Origin: Pyrinomonadaceae bacterium
Lineage (GTDB): Bacteria; Acidobacteriota; Blastocatellia; Pyrinomonadales; Pyrinomonadaceae
Assembly (NCBI GenBank): GCA_013817595.1
Contig: JACDCK010000001.1
Coordinates: forward strand, 1 to 55,326
Direction of reading: 5' to 3'
DNA: 55,326 nucleotides
Shown: positions 1 to 10,228 of the stretch, in pieces
How the letters are laid out: each line of letters begins with the position of its first letter
How positions within the stretch are numbered: position 1 is the stretch's first letter
Program-made: the position numbers and the translations under genes
Notes under the pieces: model-generated
The model's input: the letters and a program-made list of their open reading frames with translations, nothing else
Told to the model about the DNA's origin: nothing
Database searches by the model: none

Positions 1-1
1 T

Positions 2-172
2 TTCAAAATGACTAAGAGAACCACCGGCACCGGCAGGCGACTCTTTAAGATGACCCCACTGCACCATCATTTCGAGATGCAGGACTGGAACGAATCGAAA
101 ATCGTCTTTCGATTTTTGATCCTGGCAATACTCTTTGCGCTCTTAAGTCTCTCGACGTTGAAGCTGAGGTGA
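2..172 (+). CDS. mraY: phospho-N-acetylmuramoyl-pentapeptide transferase MraY, C-terminal 56 codons (5' end outside window)
   Basis: Frame 2 is open from the window edge to TGA 170-172. It reads ...[45 protein letters not shown], the conserved MraY C-terminus (PLHHHFE). It lies directly upstream of murD as in dcw clusters. It is absent from the ORF track because it has no start codon. Confidence 0.85.
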   Translation, partial: FKMTKRTTGTGRRLFKMTPLHHHFEMQDWNESKIVFRFLILAILFALLSLSTLKLR

Positions 173-196
173 GTGTTGGGTAGTAATTGAGGTTGC

Positions 197-1579
197 TTGG
201 AACTGGCGGGCAAGAAAGTCTTAGTGATAGGCGCAGCGCGCAGCGGAATTGCCTGCGCGAAGTTTTTGGCCGCGCGCGGCGCTACCGTCGTTCTAAACGA
301 TGGGAAGCCAATAGAAAAGTGGAGCGCGGAAGCAGTCGCCCTCAAAGATGAGGGAGTAGGTTGTCTTCCCGGCGAGGCGCCGAGCTGGCTGCTCGACAAT
401 ATCGATCTCGTAGTGGTTAGCCCCGGTGTGCCGGTCAAAAGCATTCCGGTCAGGTACGCGGAGCGAGCGGGCGCTGAGATCATTGGTGAAGTGGAGCTGG
501 CTTCGCGGTTTTTGAAGAGCCGCATGGTGGCCATCACCGGGACCAACGGCAAGACCACGACCACGGCGTTGATTGGTGGGTTGCTGAAAGATGCGGGATG
601 GCCGGTGCAGGTGGGAGGAAACATCGGCACGCCGCTGATAACGCTGGTAGAAGGCTCAAGGGATGACGGCTGGGCGGTAGTCGAACTATCGAGCTTTCAG
701 TTGGAGACGATCAAGGAATTCCATCCCTCGGTTGCAGTGGTGCTGAACGTCACGCCAAATCATATGGATCGCTACGAAGCATTTACCGACTACGCCGCGG
801 CCAAGCACCGGATTTTTATGAACCAGGAGCCAGGCGACGTGGCGGTACTCAATGGCGATGACGAAGTGGTGTCGTCGTGGGCGAGCGGCTTGCGTTCTCA
901 TGTCGTGACCTTCAGCGTGCAACACGAGCCGCAGGAAGGGATCTTCCTGCGCGGGCGGGAATTGGTTTCTCGCACCCGCGATGGCGAACGGACGCTCATG
1001 ATGCGTGACGAGATGAAACTGCGCGGGCTTCACAATGTTGAGAATGTGCTGGCGGCGTTGTCAGCGGGTCTGGCGTGCGGCGCCAGTCCTGAATCGATGC
1101 GCGAAACGGTGAGTCGCTTTGAGCCGGTGGAGCATCGTCTGGAGCTTGTTGCTGAAGCAAAGGAGGTTAAGTTTTACAACGACTCAAAGGCCACCAGCGT
1201 CGATGCGACGGTGAAAGCTCTTGAAGCTTTCCAGGATGATAACGGCAAGGTTGTTTTAATTCTCGGTGGCCGGGGTAAGAAAGCGCCTTACGCTCCGCTC
1301 GCTGAGCTCATTCGCGAAAACGTGCGACAACTTGTTTTGATTGGTGAAGACGCGGAAGCGATCGCAAAGGAACTCGGCGAGTACGCACCTACCCAACGAG
1401 CCGTTAACATGCAGGAAGCCGTCAAACTCTCGTTTCAATCAGCGCTGCCCGGCGACATCGTCTTGCTCGCACCGGCGTGTGCAAGCTTCGATATGTTTGA
1501 GAGCTTCGAGCATCGGGGGAGAGTCTTTAAGAGTGAAGTCCAAAGTCTAAAGTCCAATGTCCAAAGTCCAATCGGCTAA
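197..1579 (+). CDS. murD: UDP-N-acetylmuramoylalanine--D-glutamate ligase
   Basis: 460-aa ORF with a TTG start. N-terminal Rossmann-like GKKVLVIGAARSGIA, Mur ligase P-loop ITGTNGKTTTT, NVTPNHMDRY and DSKATSVDAT motifs. Position between mraY and ftsW. Confidence 0.95.
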   Translation: MELAGKKVLVIGAARSGIACAKFLAARGATVVLNDGKPIEKWSAEAVALKDEGVGCLPGEAPSWLLDNIDLVVVSPGVPVKSIPVRYAERAGAEIIGEVELASRFLKSRMVAITGTNGKTTTTALIGGLLKDAGWPVQVGGNIGTPLITLVEGSRDDGWAVVELSSFQLETIKEFHPSVAVVLNVTPNHMDRYEAFTDYAAAKHRIFMNQEPGDVAVLNGDDEVVSSWASGLRSHVVTFSVQHEPQEGIFLRGRELVSRTRDGERTLMMRDEMKLRGLHNVENVLAALSAGLACGASPESMRETVSRFEPVEHRLELVAEAKEVKFYNDSKATSVDATVKALEAFQDDNGKVVLILGGRGKKAPYAPLAELIRENVRQLVLIGEDAEAIAKELGEYAPTQRAVNMQEAVKLSFQSALPGDIVLLAPACASFDMFESFEHRGRVFKSEVQSLKSNVQSPIG

Positions 1580-1609
1580 CCTTGGACGTTGGACCTTGGA
1601 CATTGGACG
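1537..1609. repeat. tandem-heptamer palindrome: (NGTCCAA)x5, 10-nt spacer, (TTGGACN)x4
   Basis: Direct reading: AGTCCAA AGTCTAA AGTCCAA TGTCCAA AGTCCAA (1537-1571), then tcggctaacc, then TTGGACG TTGGACC TTGGACA TTGGACG (1582-1609). The arms are reverse complements and can form a roughly 20-bp hairpin. The murD stop TAA (1577-1579) lies in the spacer. Confidence 0.8.
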
Positions 1610-1619
1610 GTTCTAAGCA

Positions 1620-2816
1620 ATGGCCCGAAAGCTATATCCAGACAAATGGTTGTTTGCCGCCACGGTTGGCCTCGCCCTTTTCGGCGTGGTGATGGTTTAC
1701 AGCGCTTCGGCAGTCATGGCCCAGCGTGAAAATGGCAATGAGTTCCATTACGTGCTCAAGCAAGGAATCTGGACGGGAATCGGTTTCGTGGTGATGCTGG
1801 CGGCTATGCAGGTCGACTACAAGCACTTAAAAAATCGTCGTGTCGTCTACGGTTTGCTGGCAGTGACGACGGTCATGTTGCTAACGGTCTTCGCCTTCCC
1901 CGCCACCAACGGCGCCCATCGCTGGATCAAGCTTCCCAAGCTCTCGATTCAACCGTCAGAGCTCTCCAAGCCGGCACTGGTGATCTTCCTCGCTTACTTC
2001 CTGGAGAGGCGAGCTGGTGAGGAAGGCCAGTTCTGGACCACTTTTAGATGCGCGATTGTCACATGCGCGTTGGCCGGTTTGATCGTGATCGAGCCCGACC
2101 TCGGCACGGCAATTATGCTCGGCGTAATTTTTGTCGTCGTTGTCTACACCGCCGGGGCTCGGCTAAAGCACCTGGCAATGGTGGCGGCACCGGCGCTGTT
2201 AGTTGTCGCGGGGCTGCTGATCTTTGTTCCGTTTCGAATTCGGCGTCTGATCACTTTTCTCGATCCGTGGGCGGATCCGCAGGGGAGCGGCTTCCAGGTG
2301 GTGCAGTCGCTCATTGCCGTGGGCTCCGGCGGGCCAAATGGTTTGGGATTCGCTCAGGGCAAGCAGAAGATGCTGTTTCTGCCTTTTGCTCACTCTGATT
2401 TCATCTACGCCGTTGTGGGTGAAGAATTGGGACTAGTAGGAGCGTTGGCTGTGATTGCAGTCTTTGCTCTCTTTCTCTGGCGTGGCATACGGACATCACT
2501 GCTGGCGCCAGACCGATTCGGGATGCTGCTGGCATTCGGCTTGGTAACGGCAATTGTTACGCAAGCGCTCTTCAATATCAGCGTGGTCCTGTCGCTGGTC
2601 CCGACAAAAGGTATTCCGCTGCCATTCATTTCGTACGGCGGATCATCTTTAATGCCCACGCTCGCGGCGGCGGGCATACTGCTCAATATTTCCCAGCAGG
2701 CCTCCGGTTCGTTCGACAGCGGAGGGCTGAGATCATTAATGACCCGCGCGGGCCGAGAACTGAAACAACCGCGGGTCGCCACCGGCAGGCGAATCGCTTC
2801 GTCGCGCTTCGGGTAA
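1620..2816 (+). CDS. ftsW: SEDS-family peptidoglycan glycosyltransferase / cell division protein FtsW
   Basis: 398-aa polytopic membrane ORF. FtsW/RodA/SpoVE motifs EPDLGTA, QSLIAVGSGG, FLPFAHSDFIYAVVGEELG and GIPLPFISYGGSS. dcw position between murD and murG. Confidence 0.9.
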   Translation: MARKLYPDKWLFAATVGLALFGVVMVYSASAVMAQRENGNEFHYVLKQGIWTGIGFVVMLAAMQVDYKHLKNRRVVYGLLAVTTVMLLTVFAFPATNGAHRWIKLPKLSIQPSELSKPALVIFLAYFLERRAGEEGQFWTTFRCAIVTCALAGLIVIEPDLGTAIMLGVIFVVVVYTAGARLKHLAMVAAPALLVVAGLLIFVPFRIRRLITFLDPWADPQGSGFQVVQSLIAVGSGGPNGLGFAQGKQKMLFLPFAHSDFIYAVVGEELGLVGALAVIAVFALFLWRGIRTSLLAPDRFGMLLAFGLVTAIVTQALFNISVVLSLVPTKGIPLPFISYGGSSLMPTLAAAGILLNISQQASGSFDSGGLRSLMTRAGRELKQPRVATGRRIASSRFG

Positions 2817-2822
2817 AGCACG

Positions 2823-3929
2823 ATGCGCGCACTGATCGCCGCGGCGGGAACCGGCGGCCATATTTATCCGGGTATTGCCGTGGCGAAGGAGATTCTTCGC
2901 CGCGACCCGCGGTCAGAAATCAGATTTGTAGGCACGGCCCGAGGGCTCGAGACGAAACTGGTGCCGAAAGCGGGTTTTGAACTTTCGATCATTGACAGTG
3001 CCGGCTTGAAGAGTGTAGGCGCCGTCGCCCGGCTGCGTGGGCTAGGCATGCTCCCAGGCAGTTTTCTCTCGGCAAAACGGATCATCAGGGACTTTCGGCC
3101 CGACATTGTGATAGGCGCCGGCGGGTATGTCTCAGGGCCGGTGGTGTTGACAGCGGCACTCCTGAAGCTGCCCACGCTAGTCATGGAGTCAAACGCTTTA
3201 CCCGGCTGGACCAATCGCACGCTGGCCCGGTTTGTTGATAAGGCAGCCGTCTCGTTTGAAAAGTCGCTCCTTTTTTTTCGCGGCAAGGGAGTGGTGACCG
3301 GCAACCCGGTAAGGCGCGAGTTCTTTGAGATAACGGCAAGAGAGCGACAAGCCGGCCGACTCTCAGTGTTGGTTTTCGGTGGATCGCAGGGGGCGCATGC
3401 AATCAACGAAGCGATGGTTGCAACTCTGCCGCACCTGGAGAGTTTGCGAAGCGCCTTGCGAATCACTCATCAAACCGGCGAAGCAGATTTTGAACCGGTA
3501 CGTGCGGCGTATGAGGATGCCGGTTGGGCCGAGCAAGCGGATGTGAGGCGCTACATCGACGACATGGTGGTGTCTTTTGGCGACGCTGATCTTGTGATTT
3601 GTCGGGCCGGCGCGACAACCACAGCAGAACTCATTGCGGCGGGTAAAGCGGCCATCATGATTCCCTTTCCTTTGGCAGCCGACGACCACCAGCGGAAAAA
3701 CGCGGAGGCACTCGAAGCGGAGGGAGCCTCCAAGATGATCCTGCAGCAGGACTTGAGTGGCGCCAGACTGGCCCAGGAGATAGAAGAACTTGTCCAATCT
3801 CCCGACGAGATCAGGAAGATGGAAGAAGCCAGTCGCAAACTGGCACGCGGCGACGCAGCGGCAGCCGCGGTTGATTTAATTGAGGAGTTGATTGAAAGCA
3901 AGAGGCGGATGGCAGTAGGCAGTGGGTAG
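2823..3929 (+). CDS. murG: UDP-N-acetylglucosamine--N-acetylmuramyl-(pentapeptide) pyrophosphoryl-undecaprenol GlcNAc transferase
   Basis: 368 aa. N-terminal GTGGHIYPG loop, FGGSQGA, and RAGATTTAELIAAGKAAIMIPFPLAADDHQRKNA. dcw context. Confidence 0.95.
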   Translation: MRALIAAAGTGGHIYPGIAVAKEILRRDPRSEIRFVGTARGLETKLVPKAGFELSIIDSAGLKSVGAVARLRGLGMLPGSFLSAKRIIRDFRPDIVIGAGGYVSGPVVLTAALLKLPTLVMESNALPGWTNRTLARFVDKAAVSFEKSLLFFRGKGVVTGNPVRREFFEITARERQAGRLSVLVFGGSQGAHAINEAMVATLPHLESLRSALRITHQTGEADFEPVRAAYEDAGWAEQADVRRYIDDMVVSFGDADLVICRAGATTTAELIAAGKAAIMIPFPLAADDHQRKNAEALEAEGASKMILQQDLSGARLAQEIEELVQSPDEIRKMEEASRKLARGDAAAAAVDLIEELIESKRRMAVGSG

Positions 3930-4050
3930 TGGGCAGTGTGGGGACCGAAAACTATTGAGTGCTGCGAACCTATTACGATTGATTGATTGGAAGCCGGGGA
4001 GTGCCGCAGTCTGTCGCGGCTTGCATTAACCCCACTCCCCACTGCCAACT
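3911..4050. repeat. inverted blocks of tandem heptamers (GGYAGTR)x4 ... (CCCCACT/GCCAACT)x3, about 90 nt apart
   Basis: Left block GGCAGTA GGCAGTG GGTAGTG GGCAGTG (3911-3938) contains the murG stop TAG (3927-3929). Right block CCCCACT CCCCACT GCCAACT (4030-4050) is the reverse complement of the same heptamer family (AGTGGGG/AGTTGGC). It ends 8 nt before the murC ATG. Confidence 0.7.
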
Positions 4051-4058
4051 GATTTCTT

Positions 4059-5459
4059 ATGTTTCGACAAATTCAGCACGTACATTTCGTGGGCATCGGC
4101 GGCATAGGTATGTCCGGGATTGCAGAGGTGCTGGTTAATCTCGGGTTCCGTGTGTCCGGATCCGATCAGAAGAGATCGAGCGTGACTGACCGCTTACAAC
4201 AGATGGGCGTGGGCTTTGCCGAGGGCCACAGCGGGGAGAATATCGATGACGCGCAAGTCGTGGTGCGCTCCACGGCGGTGCGTGATGACAATCCTGAAAT
4301 CATAGAGGCCCATCGTCGCTCCATACCGGTGATTCCCCGAGCGGAGATGCTCGCCGAATTAATGCGGCTGAAACCGCATTCGGTGGCCGTGGCCGGCTCG
4401 CATGGGAAAACCACGACCACGTCGATGGTCGCGACTGTGCTCGGACGTGCGGGACTTGACCCAACAATCGTTGTGGGCGGGGTCGTCGGTGCGTTTGGAT
4501 CGAATGCACACCTGGGTAAAAGCGATCTGATGGTTGTTGAAGCCGATGAAAGCGACCGCTCGTTTCTCATGCTTACGCCGACAATTGCGGTGGTCACAAA
4601 CATTGACCGCGAACACATGGACTACTACCACGACATGGACGACGTGCGCACCTGCTTTACCAGTTTCGTAAACAAAGTGCCTTTCTACGGAGCTTCGGTG
4701 CTTTGCCTCGACGATCCTAACGTACAAGCAATCATTCCTCACATCGAACGACGCAGGATGACCTACGGGTTGAGTGCCCAGGCCGATATCTCAGCCCATG
4801 GCATTCGTTACGATCAGAGTTTTGGATCGAATTTCACGGTTTGGCGAGGCGGCAATACTGTCGGCGAAATTAACCTGCGCGTGCCCGGTCTGCACAACGT
4901 TTACAACTCGTTGGCAGCCATAGCAGTGGGCTTCGAACTTGATGTTCCCTTCGAACAGATTGCCGAGGCGCTGGGCAGCTTCGGAGGCGCGGGAAGACGT
5001 TTTCAGTATAAGGGTGAGGTAAGAGGAGTGCTGGTCATTGATGACTACGGCCATCACCCAACCGAAATCAAAGCAACCTTGGCGGCAGCGAAGATTGGGT
5101 CCGGCGGACGGCGCATCGTCGTGCTTTTTCAACCACATCGCTACAGCCGTACCCACGATCTAATGGAAGAGTTTGCGCGCTCATTTAATAACGCTGATTC
5201 GTTGTTCATTACGGACATTTATCCGGCCAGCGAGAAACCAATCGAGGGTGTCACGGCGGAGGCACTGACGGAAGCGATCAAACGTTTCGGCCACAAGGAC
5301 GCACGGCACATCGGCGCTCTCGAGAATGCGCCGGTAACTCTGCGAGATCACGTTCAACCCGGCGATCTCGTGCTTACACTCGGAGCGGGTACCGTAAGCC
5401 GTGTAAGCGAACAACTCCTGGAACTCTTACGCGAACGAGGTGACGCCAAGGCGGTTTGA
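4059..5459 (+). CDS. murC: UDP-N-acetylmuramate--L-alanine ligase
   Basis: 466 aa. [15 protein letters not shown]-loop [29 protein letters not shown] and [10 protein letters not shown]. Confidence 0.95.
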   Translation: MFRQIQHVHFVGIGGIGMSGIAEVLVNLGFRVSGSDQKRSSVTDRLQQMGVGFAEGHSGENIDDAQVVVRSTAVRDDNPEIIEAHRRSIPVIPRAEMLAELMRLKPHSVAVAGSHGKTTTTSMVATVLGRAGLDPTIVVGGVVGAFGSNAHLGKSDLMVVEADESDRSFLMLTPTIAVVTNIDREHMDYYHDMDDVRTCFTSFVNKVPFYGASVLCLDDPNVQAIIPHIERRRMTYGLSAQADISAHGIRYDQSFGSNFTVWRGGNTVGEINLRVPGLHNVYNSLAAIAVGFELDVPFEQIAEALGSFGGAGRRFQYKGEVRGVLVIDDYGHHPTEIKATLAAAKIGSGGRRIVVLFQPHRYSRTHDLMEEFARSFNNADSLFITDIYPASEKPIEGVTAEALTEAIKRFGHKDARHIGALENAPVTLRDHVQPGDLVLTLGAGTVSRVSEQLLELLRERGDAKAV

Positions 5460-6451
5460 ATTTGATATCAGAACCAACGGACGAATCAGAGATCAGGCAT
5501 CGGGAAGCAGCAATTGAGGAGATTGCCGCGCGGCTCGGAGTGCGCGCCGAACGAGGACGACGCTTCGCTGAATTGACCAGCCTGAGAGTAGGCGGATCTA
5601 TCGATTGGGTCATCTCTCCACACACTGAAGCACAAGCAGCAGGAGTGGCTCACGGCCTGGACGAAGCAGGCATCGGCTGGCGGCCGCTCGGGTCGGGCAG
5701 CAATGTCCTTGCCGATGATGGCGAGCATCACTACGTAGTTTTGAGTTTGAAAGATTTGAAGGGCGAAGTGCAGTTTGGCGGTGAGCTGGTCCGGGTCAGC
5801 GCCGGCTATTCCTTACCGCGTCTATGCGTCGACGTTGCCCGGCAAGGCCTTTCAGGCATTGAGGGTCTGGGTGGAATTCCCGGAACCGTTGGCGGCGCTC
5901 TCTGGATGAATGCCGGAGCTTACGAACACGAGATCGGAAAAGTAACTGAGACTGTGAGAGTTGCTCGGGAAGGTCAGGTAGTTGAAATCCCGGGAAGCGC
6001 GGTCCAATGGAACTATCGTCACACTTCATTTGCAGAAGGAGAATTGCTGTTGGGTGCCACGTTGCGGCTGCAGCCCGACGATCCGGGAAAAATCCTGACA
6101 CGCATGGAAGAAGCCAAGAGCCGGAGGATGGCAACCCAGCCGCATGGCGGCCGATCGGCTGGTTGCTTCTTCAAGAATCCGCCTGAGGGCACTGTGGGCA
6201 CGGGCAAGATCATCGATGAGATGGGAATGAAGGGCGCGCGACGCGGAACGGCAGTGGTCTCTCCGGTTCATGCAAATTTTATTGTCACCGAGGGCGAGAA
6301 TGCGCGGGCCGAAGATGCGCTGGCGCTTGCGGAAGAGATCCGAGGACGCGTTAAGCGCGAACAGGGAATTGAGCTGGAATATGAAGTGGAACTGTGGCGG
6401 GCAAATGAACCGCAGAAACAGGACCCCGACGCTGAGAGTAAGGAGCAGTAA
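5456..6451 (+). CDS. murB: UDP-N-acetylenolpyruvoylglucosamine reductase
   Basis: 331 aa. FAD-binding PCMH-type region ([20 protein letters not shown]) and SAGCFFKNP substrate-domain motif. The TTG start overlaps the murC stop by 4 nt. The start is uncertain and an N-terminal extension is possible. Confidence 0.88.
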   Translation: MNLISEPTDESEIRHREAAIEEIAARLGVRAERGRRFAELTSLRVGGSIDWVISPHTEAQAAGVAHGLDEAGIGWRPLGSGSNVLADDGEHHYVVLSLKDLKGEVQFGGELVRVSAGYSLPRLCVDVARQGLSGIEGLGGIPGTVGGALWMNAGAYEHEIGKVTETVRVAREGQVVEIPGSAVQWNYRHTSFAEGELLLGATLRLQPDDPGKILTRMEEAKSRRMATQPHGGRSAGCFFKNPPEGTVGTGKIIDEMGMKGARRGTAVVSPVHANFIVTEGENARAEDALALAEEIRGRVKREQGIELEYEVELWRANEPQKQDPDAESKEQ

Positions 6452-6453
6452 TT

Positions 6454-7548
6454 GTGAGAGAACAAGTGATCCCCCAGAAGGTTGGCAATCGCAGTGGAAT
6501 GGCGGCGAAGCGGCGCGCGGGCGCAGTTGCACAGCGACCGCTGCGACGTGACCGCGACGGACTGGGCCACCGTATGCGCGCCATGCTTGGTTACGTTTCG
6601 TTCATTTTAAAGGTGACCCTCGCGATAGTTCTTGGCGGACTCATCTTTGCCGGGTATCGCGTTGCCTCTGCAGCCAGTTTCTTTCAGATTCGCAAAGTAG
6701 TGATACAGGGTGATTTCCGAGCGTCGGCTACAGATGTTCAGACGCTGGTAATGCGAGAAGTTGCCAAAACGGGAGTTTGGCGGGCCGACCTCGAGGAAAT
6801 AAGCACCCGCCTCGAGCGCCTTCCGTGGATTCGCGTGGCGATGGTTTCTCGTGTGTTGCCCGACGGCATTCGTGTTCGTCTTGAAGAGCGCCAACCACGC
6901 GCGGTAGTGCGCACAGCCGCGGGCCGGTTTCTCTGGGTTGATGATGAAGCAGCGCTGCTAGGGGAGATGCTGCCAGCGGATCAGATGCCGGCATTTTTCC
7001 TGCGGGGTTGGAACGAAGAGCCAGGAGACACGGCACGCAAAGAGAACATGGAGCGCGTGAAGAGATTTTTGGAGCTGCAACGGGAATGGAGCGCGGCCGG
7101 ACTGTCTGAGCGTGTGAGTGAAGTGAACGTCATCGACATTCGCGATGTGAGAGCACAACTCGGGGGCGACGACTCACGGATTGAGGTGCGACTTGGTTCC
7201 CAGGATTTTGGTAAACGGTTGAAGGACGCACTCAGTGTCTTGGACGCACACCGCCAAACACCTCGCGGCCAGTTCATAAGTTACGTAGATCTAACTCAAG
7301 GCAGGCGAGCGATAGTTGGGTTCATGTCTGGCGCCCACGCCATCAGCGATAGCGCTGACTCTGCAAGCAGCCCTTCGGAGAGCGCAACCAGGACCGGCGA
7401 TACGGCCGCCAGGCCCGAGCGCAACAACCAGAGGGCCGCGGCTAATCCGGCCCGGCAGAACAACCCGGAAAAGAAACGCGAAGCTAAGCCTAGTCGCGAT
7501 GGAACGAATGGCCGAGAGCGACCAAGGCGAGCCCGACCTACCCAATGA
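6454..7548 (+). CDS. ftsQ: cell division protein FtsQ (POTRA domain) with basic low-complexity C-terminal tail
   Basis: 364 aa. Single TM helix (VTLAIVLGGLIFAGY) followed by a POTRA-like FQIRKVVIQGDFRASATDVQTLV. Position between murB and ftsA. The GTG start is uncertain and an in-frame ATG lies at 6499. Confidence 0.8.
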   Translation: MREQVIPQKVGNRSGMAAKRRAGAVAQRPLRRDRDGLGHRMRAMLGYVSFILKVTLAIVLGGLIFAGYRVASAASFFQIRKVVIQGDFRASATDVQTLVMREVAKTGVWRADLEEISTRLERLPWIRVAMVSRVLPDGIRVRLEERQPRAVVRTAAGRFLWVDDEAALLGEMLPADQMPAFFLRGWNEEPGDTARKENMERVKRFLELQREWSAAGLSERVSEVNVIDIRDVRAQLGGDDSRIEVRLGSQDFGKRLKDALSVLDAHRQTPRGQFISYVDLTQGRRAIVGFMSGAHAISDSADSASSPSESATRTGDTAARPERNNQRAAANPARQNNPEKKREAKPSRDGTNGRERPRRARPTQ

Positions 7549-7584
7549 TTGCTGAACGGGTTTCATTCAAGGAGCCTAAGGTAG

Positions 7585-8847
7585 ATGGCTAAGCGCACCC
7601 AAACCACGATCGGCCTGGACATCGGAACGAGCAGGGTCACATGTATCGCCGGTGAACCTGGTGAGGGCGGGTTGCTGGATATCGTGGGCATCGGAGAGGC
7701 CGAGGCGCGCGGACTTCGCAAGGGTGTGATTGTTAATCCTGATGCGGCGGTGGACGCGATCAAGAAGGCTGTCGAAGAAGCTGAAAGGATGAGTGGTATT
7801 GAAGCCGAAGAGGTAATCATAAATCTCGCCGGCTCCCACATTCTCGGTTTTAATGGTCAGGCGATTGTGGCGGTTTCCGGGCGCGACCGAGAAATCACCC
7901 ATGAAGACGTACGCCGCGCGATCGACTCCGCCTGTGCCATTCAACTTCCGGCCGGCCGCGAGATAGTTGACCGCTTGCCCCAAGAGTTCATCGTTGACGA
8001 TCAGGATGGAATTAACGACCCCGTGGGAATGATTGGGGCCAGGCTGGCCGTCAAGGTCCACATTGTTACCAGTCCAGTGACCGCGCGGCAAAATGCCATC
8101 AATGCCGTTAACCGAGCAGGTTTGGTGGTCGCTGATATGGTGTTGGAGCAGCTCGCGGCGGCCGAAGCTTCTCTTACTGATGACGACAAGGAGTTTGGAG
8201 CGGCACTTGTGGACGTTGGTGCGGAAACGACCGGGTTGGTGATCTATCAGCGTGGGGCAGTCCAACACACCGCAGTGTTCTCGTTGGGCGGTTCCCATTT
8301 CACGAACGACATCGCCTTCGGACTGCGCACTCCGATTCCCGAGGCGGAGAAGATCAAACACACCGTGGGATGTGCTTGCAGCACGTCGCTGAGTGAGATG
8401 GAGCGGAGCGAGCTGGTCGAGGTTCCCTCGGTCGGCGGACGCGCTCCGCGTCAGCTTTCACGTCAGATTCTTTGCGATATTCTCCAACCGCGTGCGGAAG
8501 AAGTTCTGATGCACGTTGCCGATGAGATTAAGGATTCCGGTTGGGAACGTCAGCTCTCAAGTGGTGTGGTGTTGACCGGTGGCGGAGCATTGTTGAGCGG
8601 CATGACAGAGATTGCCGAACAGGTTTTTGATGCTCCCGTACGTTTGGGTTTCCCGGAAAGAGATCGCTTCGGCGGTTTGGTTGAAGATGTGCAGAGTCCC
8701 GCGTGGGCTGCTGCCGCTGGATTGTCGCTGGTAGCGTTCCGCGCCCAAGCTACAGAGATGCGCGCGGGCCTCAGCCGCAGAGGCTCCACTGGCAAGTTGA
8801 CACATTTCGTCTCAAGATTTCGAAATCGTTTCAGTAGTATTTTTTGA
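7585..8847 (+). CDS. ftsA: cell division protein FtsA (actin-like ATPase)
   Basis: 420 aa. GLDIGTSRV phosphate-1 motif, [21 protein letters not shown] and [19 protein letters not shown] Shine-Dalgarno at 7569-7574. Confidence 0.95.
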   Translation: MAKRTQTTIGLDIGTSRVTCIAGEPGEGGLLDIVGIGEAEARGLRKGVIVNPDAAVDAIKKAVEEAERMSGIEAEEVIINLAGSHILGFNGQAIVAVSGRDREITHEDVRRAIDSACAIQLPAGREIVDRLPQEFIVDDQDGINDPVGMIGARLAVKVHIVTSPVTARQNAINAVNRAGLVVADMVLEQLAAAEASLTDDDKEFGAALVDVGAETTGLVIYQRGAVQHTAVFSLGGSHFTNDIAFGLRTPIPEAEKIKHTVGCACSTSLSEMERSELVEVPSVGGRAPRQLSRQILCDILQPRAEEVLMHVADEIKDSGWERQLSSGVVLTGGGALLSGMTEIAEQVFDAPVRLGFPERDRFGGLVEDVQSPAWAAAAGLSLVAFRAQATEMRAGLSRRGSTGKLTHFVSRFRNRFSSIF

Positions 8848-8980
8848 CAAGTTGTTGTATGCTCTCGCCCCGGCTGCACAAGATATTGTCCGCAAGATAT
8901 CGATGCCCATGGCGCGACCTACACAATATAGAAGAAAAGGCCCTTGGAAGCCTTCCCGCTTTGGGAGAGAGGAAATAACT

Positions 8981-10135
8981 ATGGCACCGGACGCTCGTAA
9001 ACCCGGAACAGGCATTAATATTTTCATCGATGATGATCCCCCCATCACTGGTGCGCGGATAAAGGTTATCGGAATCGGTGGCGGCGGAGGTAATGCCGTT
9101 AACCGCATGATCGAAGCTGGCATCGAAGGAATCGAGTTTCTCGTTGCCAATACTGACTTGCAAGCGCTCAAACGCTCGCGCGCTCCGATCAAAATCCAGC
9201 TGGGCAGCCGCCTTACCAAGGGTCTGGGAGCGGGAGCCGACCCGGGTGTTGGCCGCGAAGCTGCCCTGGAAGACACAGATAAGATCATTGAGGTGCTCGA
9301 AGGCGCCGACATGGTTTTTGTGACTACCGGGCTCGGTGGCGGCACGGGCACTGGGGGCGCTCCGATTATTGCCTCGCTGGCTACTGAATTGAATTGCCTC
9401 ACTGTTGCCGTGGTAACCAAACCATTTCATTTTGAAGGTCGCCGCAGAATGCAGCAGGCTGAACACGGGCTGCGCGAGTTGCGCGAATGCGTTGATACGG
9501 TCATCACCATCCCCAACGAACGGTTGCTGCACACGGTCGAGAAGGGAGCTTCTCTACCGGACTCGTTCAGAATTGCTGACGATGTCTTGCGCCAGGCAGT
9601 GCAAGGCATCAGCGATCTGATTACGGTTCCAGGCTTAATCAATCTCGATTTTGCAGACGTCAAATCTATCATGTCGGGCATGGGCATGGCTTTGATGGGC
9701 GCAGGCCGCGCCACGGGCGAAAACCGCGCCATCGAAGCGACCCAGCAAGCCATCTCGTCGCCGCTGCTTGAGGAAGCATCGATTCAAGGCGCGAAGGGCG
9801 TGCTCATCAATATCACCGGCGGGCTGGATCTCACGCTCTACGAGGTTAACGCGGCATCTTCCATCATTCGAGAGGCTGCGGACGAAGACGCCAACATCAT
9901 CTTCGGCGCGGTGATCGATGAGAACATGCGCGATGAGATGAAGATCACGGTGATTGCGACTGGGTTTGACAGAGAATCAGTTGGGGTTGCGTCCGCAGGA
10001 TCTGCCGCGATGCTGCCGGCCAACGCGCCCCGCTACACTCAGCGACCCACGGATGATTTGCCCCGTCCGATGATGAGTCATGCACGCGCAGACGATCTCG
10101 ACGTCCCGACCTTCATACGAAAAAAAGCCGACTAA
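8981..10135 (+). CDS. ftsZ: cell division GTPase FtsZ
   Basis: [17 protein letters not shown], tubulin signature [10 protein letters not shown], and C-terminal conserved peptide [13 protein letters not shown]. The start is moved from the track's 8852 to ATG 8981, which follows a purine-rich SD (GGGAGAGAGG 8963-8972). The upstream 43 codons have no FtsZ-like sequence. Confidence 0.93.
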   Translation: MAPDARKPGTGINIFIDDDPPITGARIKVIGIGGGGGNAVNRMIEAGIEGIEFLVANTDLQALKRSRAPIKIQLGSRLTKGLGAGADPGVGREAALEDTDKIIEVLEGADMVFVTTGLGGGTGTGGAPIIASLATELNCLTVAVVTKPFHFEGRRRMQQAEHGLRELRECVDTVITIPNERLLHTVEKGASLPDSFRIADDVLRQAVQGISDLITVPGLINLDFADVKSIMSGMGMALMGAGRATGENRAIEATQQAISSPLLEEASIQGAKGVLINITGGLDLTLYEVNAASSIIREAADEDANIIFGAVIDENMRDEMKITVIATGFDRESVGVASAGSAAMLPANAPRYTQRPTDDLPRPMMSHARADDLDVPTFIRKKAD

Positions 10136-10228
10136 TTAAAGGCGCTGAACCATACTTCGAAGAAAGAAAGGCCTGCAGGTGGCCTCCCTCGTTTAAGTCT
10201 TGGTTGGTAGTGTCTTAATTTGAGAGTT

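Noticed and set aside
5456-7548. Absence of ddl between murB and ftsQ as a possible anomaly of the dcw cluster.
   Set aside because: dcw gene content varies between phyla, and ddl is often encoded elsewhere. Nothing in the sequence, such as a scar or fragment, suggests a deletion here.
7576-8361. Long antisense ORFs overlapping well-supported genes. Examples: 7576..8361(-) over ftsA, 8831..9532(-) over ftsZ, 14836..15732(-) over valS, 11195..11827(-) over pdxA, 12276..12908(-), 35501..35980(-).
   Set aside because: Each lies fully inside a gene with strong motif support on the other strand. They have Arg/Ser/Pro-rich low-complexity translations and no recognisable domains, start signals or terminators. 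This is the usual open-frame artefact of GC-rich DNA.
8852-8980. 43-codon N-terminal extension of ftsZ suggested by the ORF track.
   Set aside because: The extension has no FtsZ-like sequence. ATG 8981 is preceded by a purine-rich SD, and the protein from there starts ~30 aa before the conserved [10 protein letters not shown], as in other FtsZ proteins.
10166-10200. Possible ftsZ terminator (AGGCC-tgcaggt-GGCCT followed by CCCTCGTTT).
   Set aside because: The stem has only 5 bp and the T-tract is weak and interrupted. This is not convincing as an intrinsic terminator.
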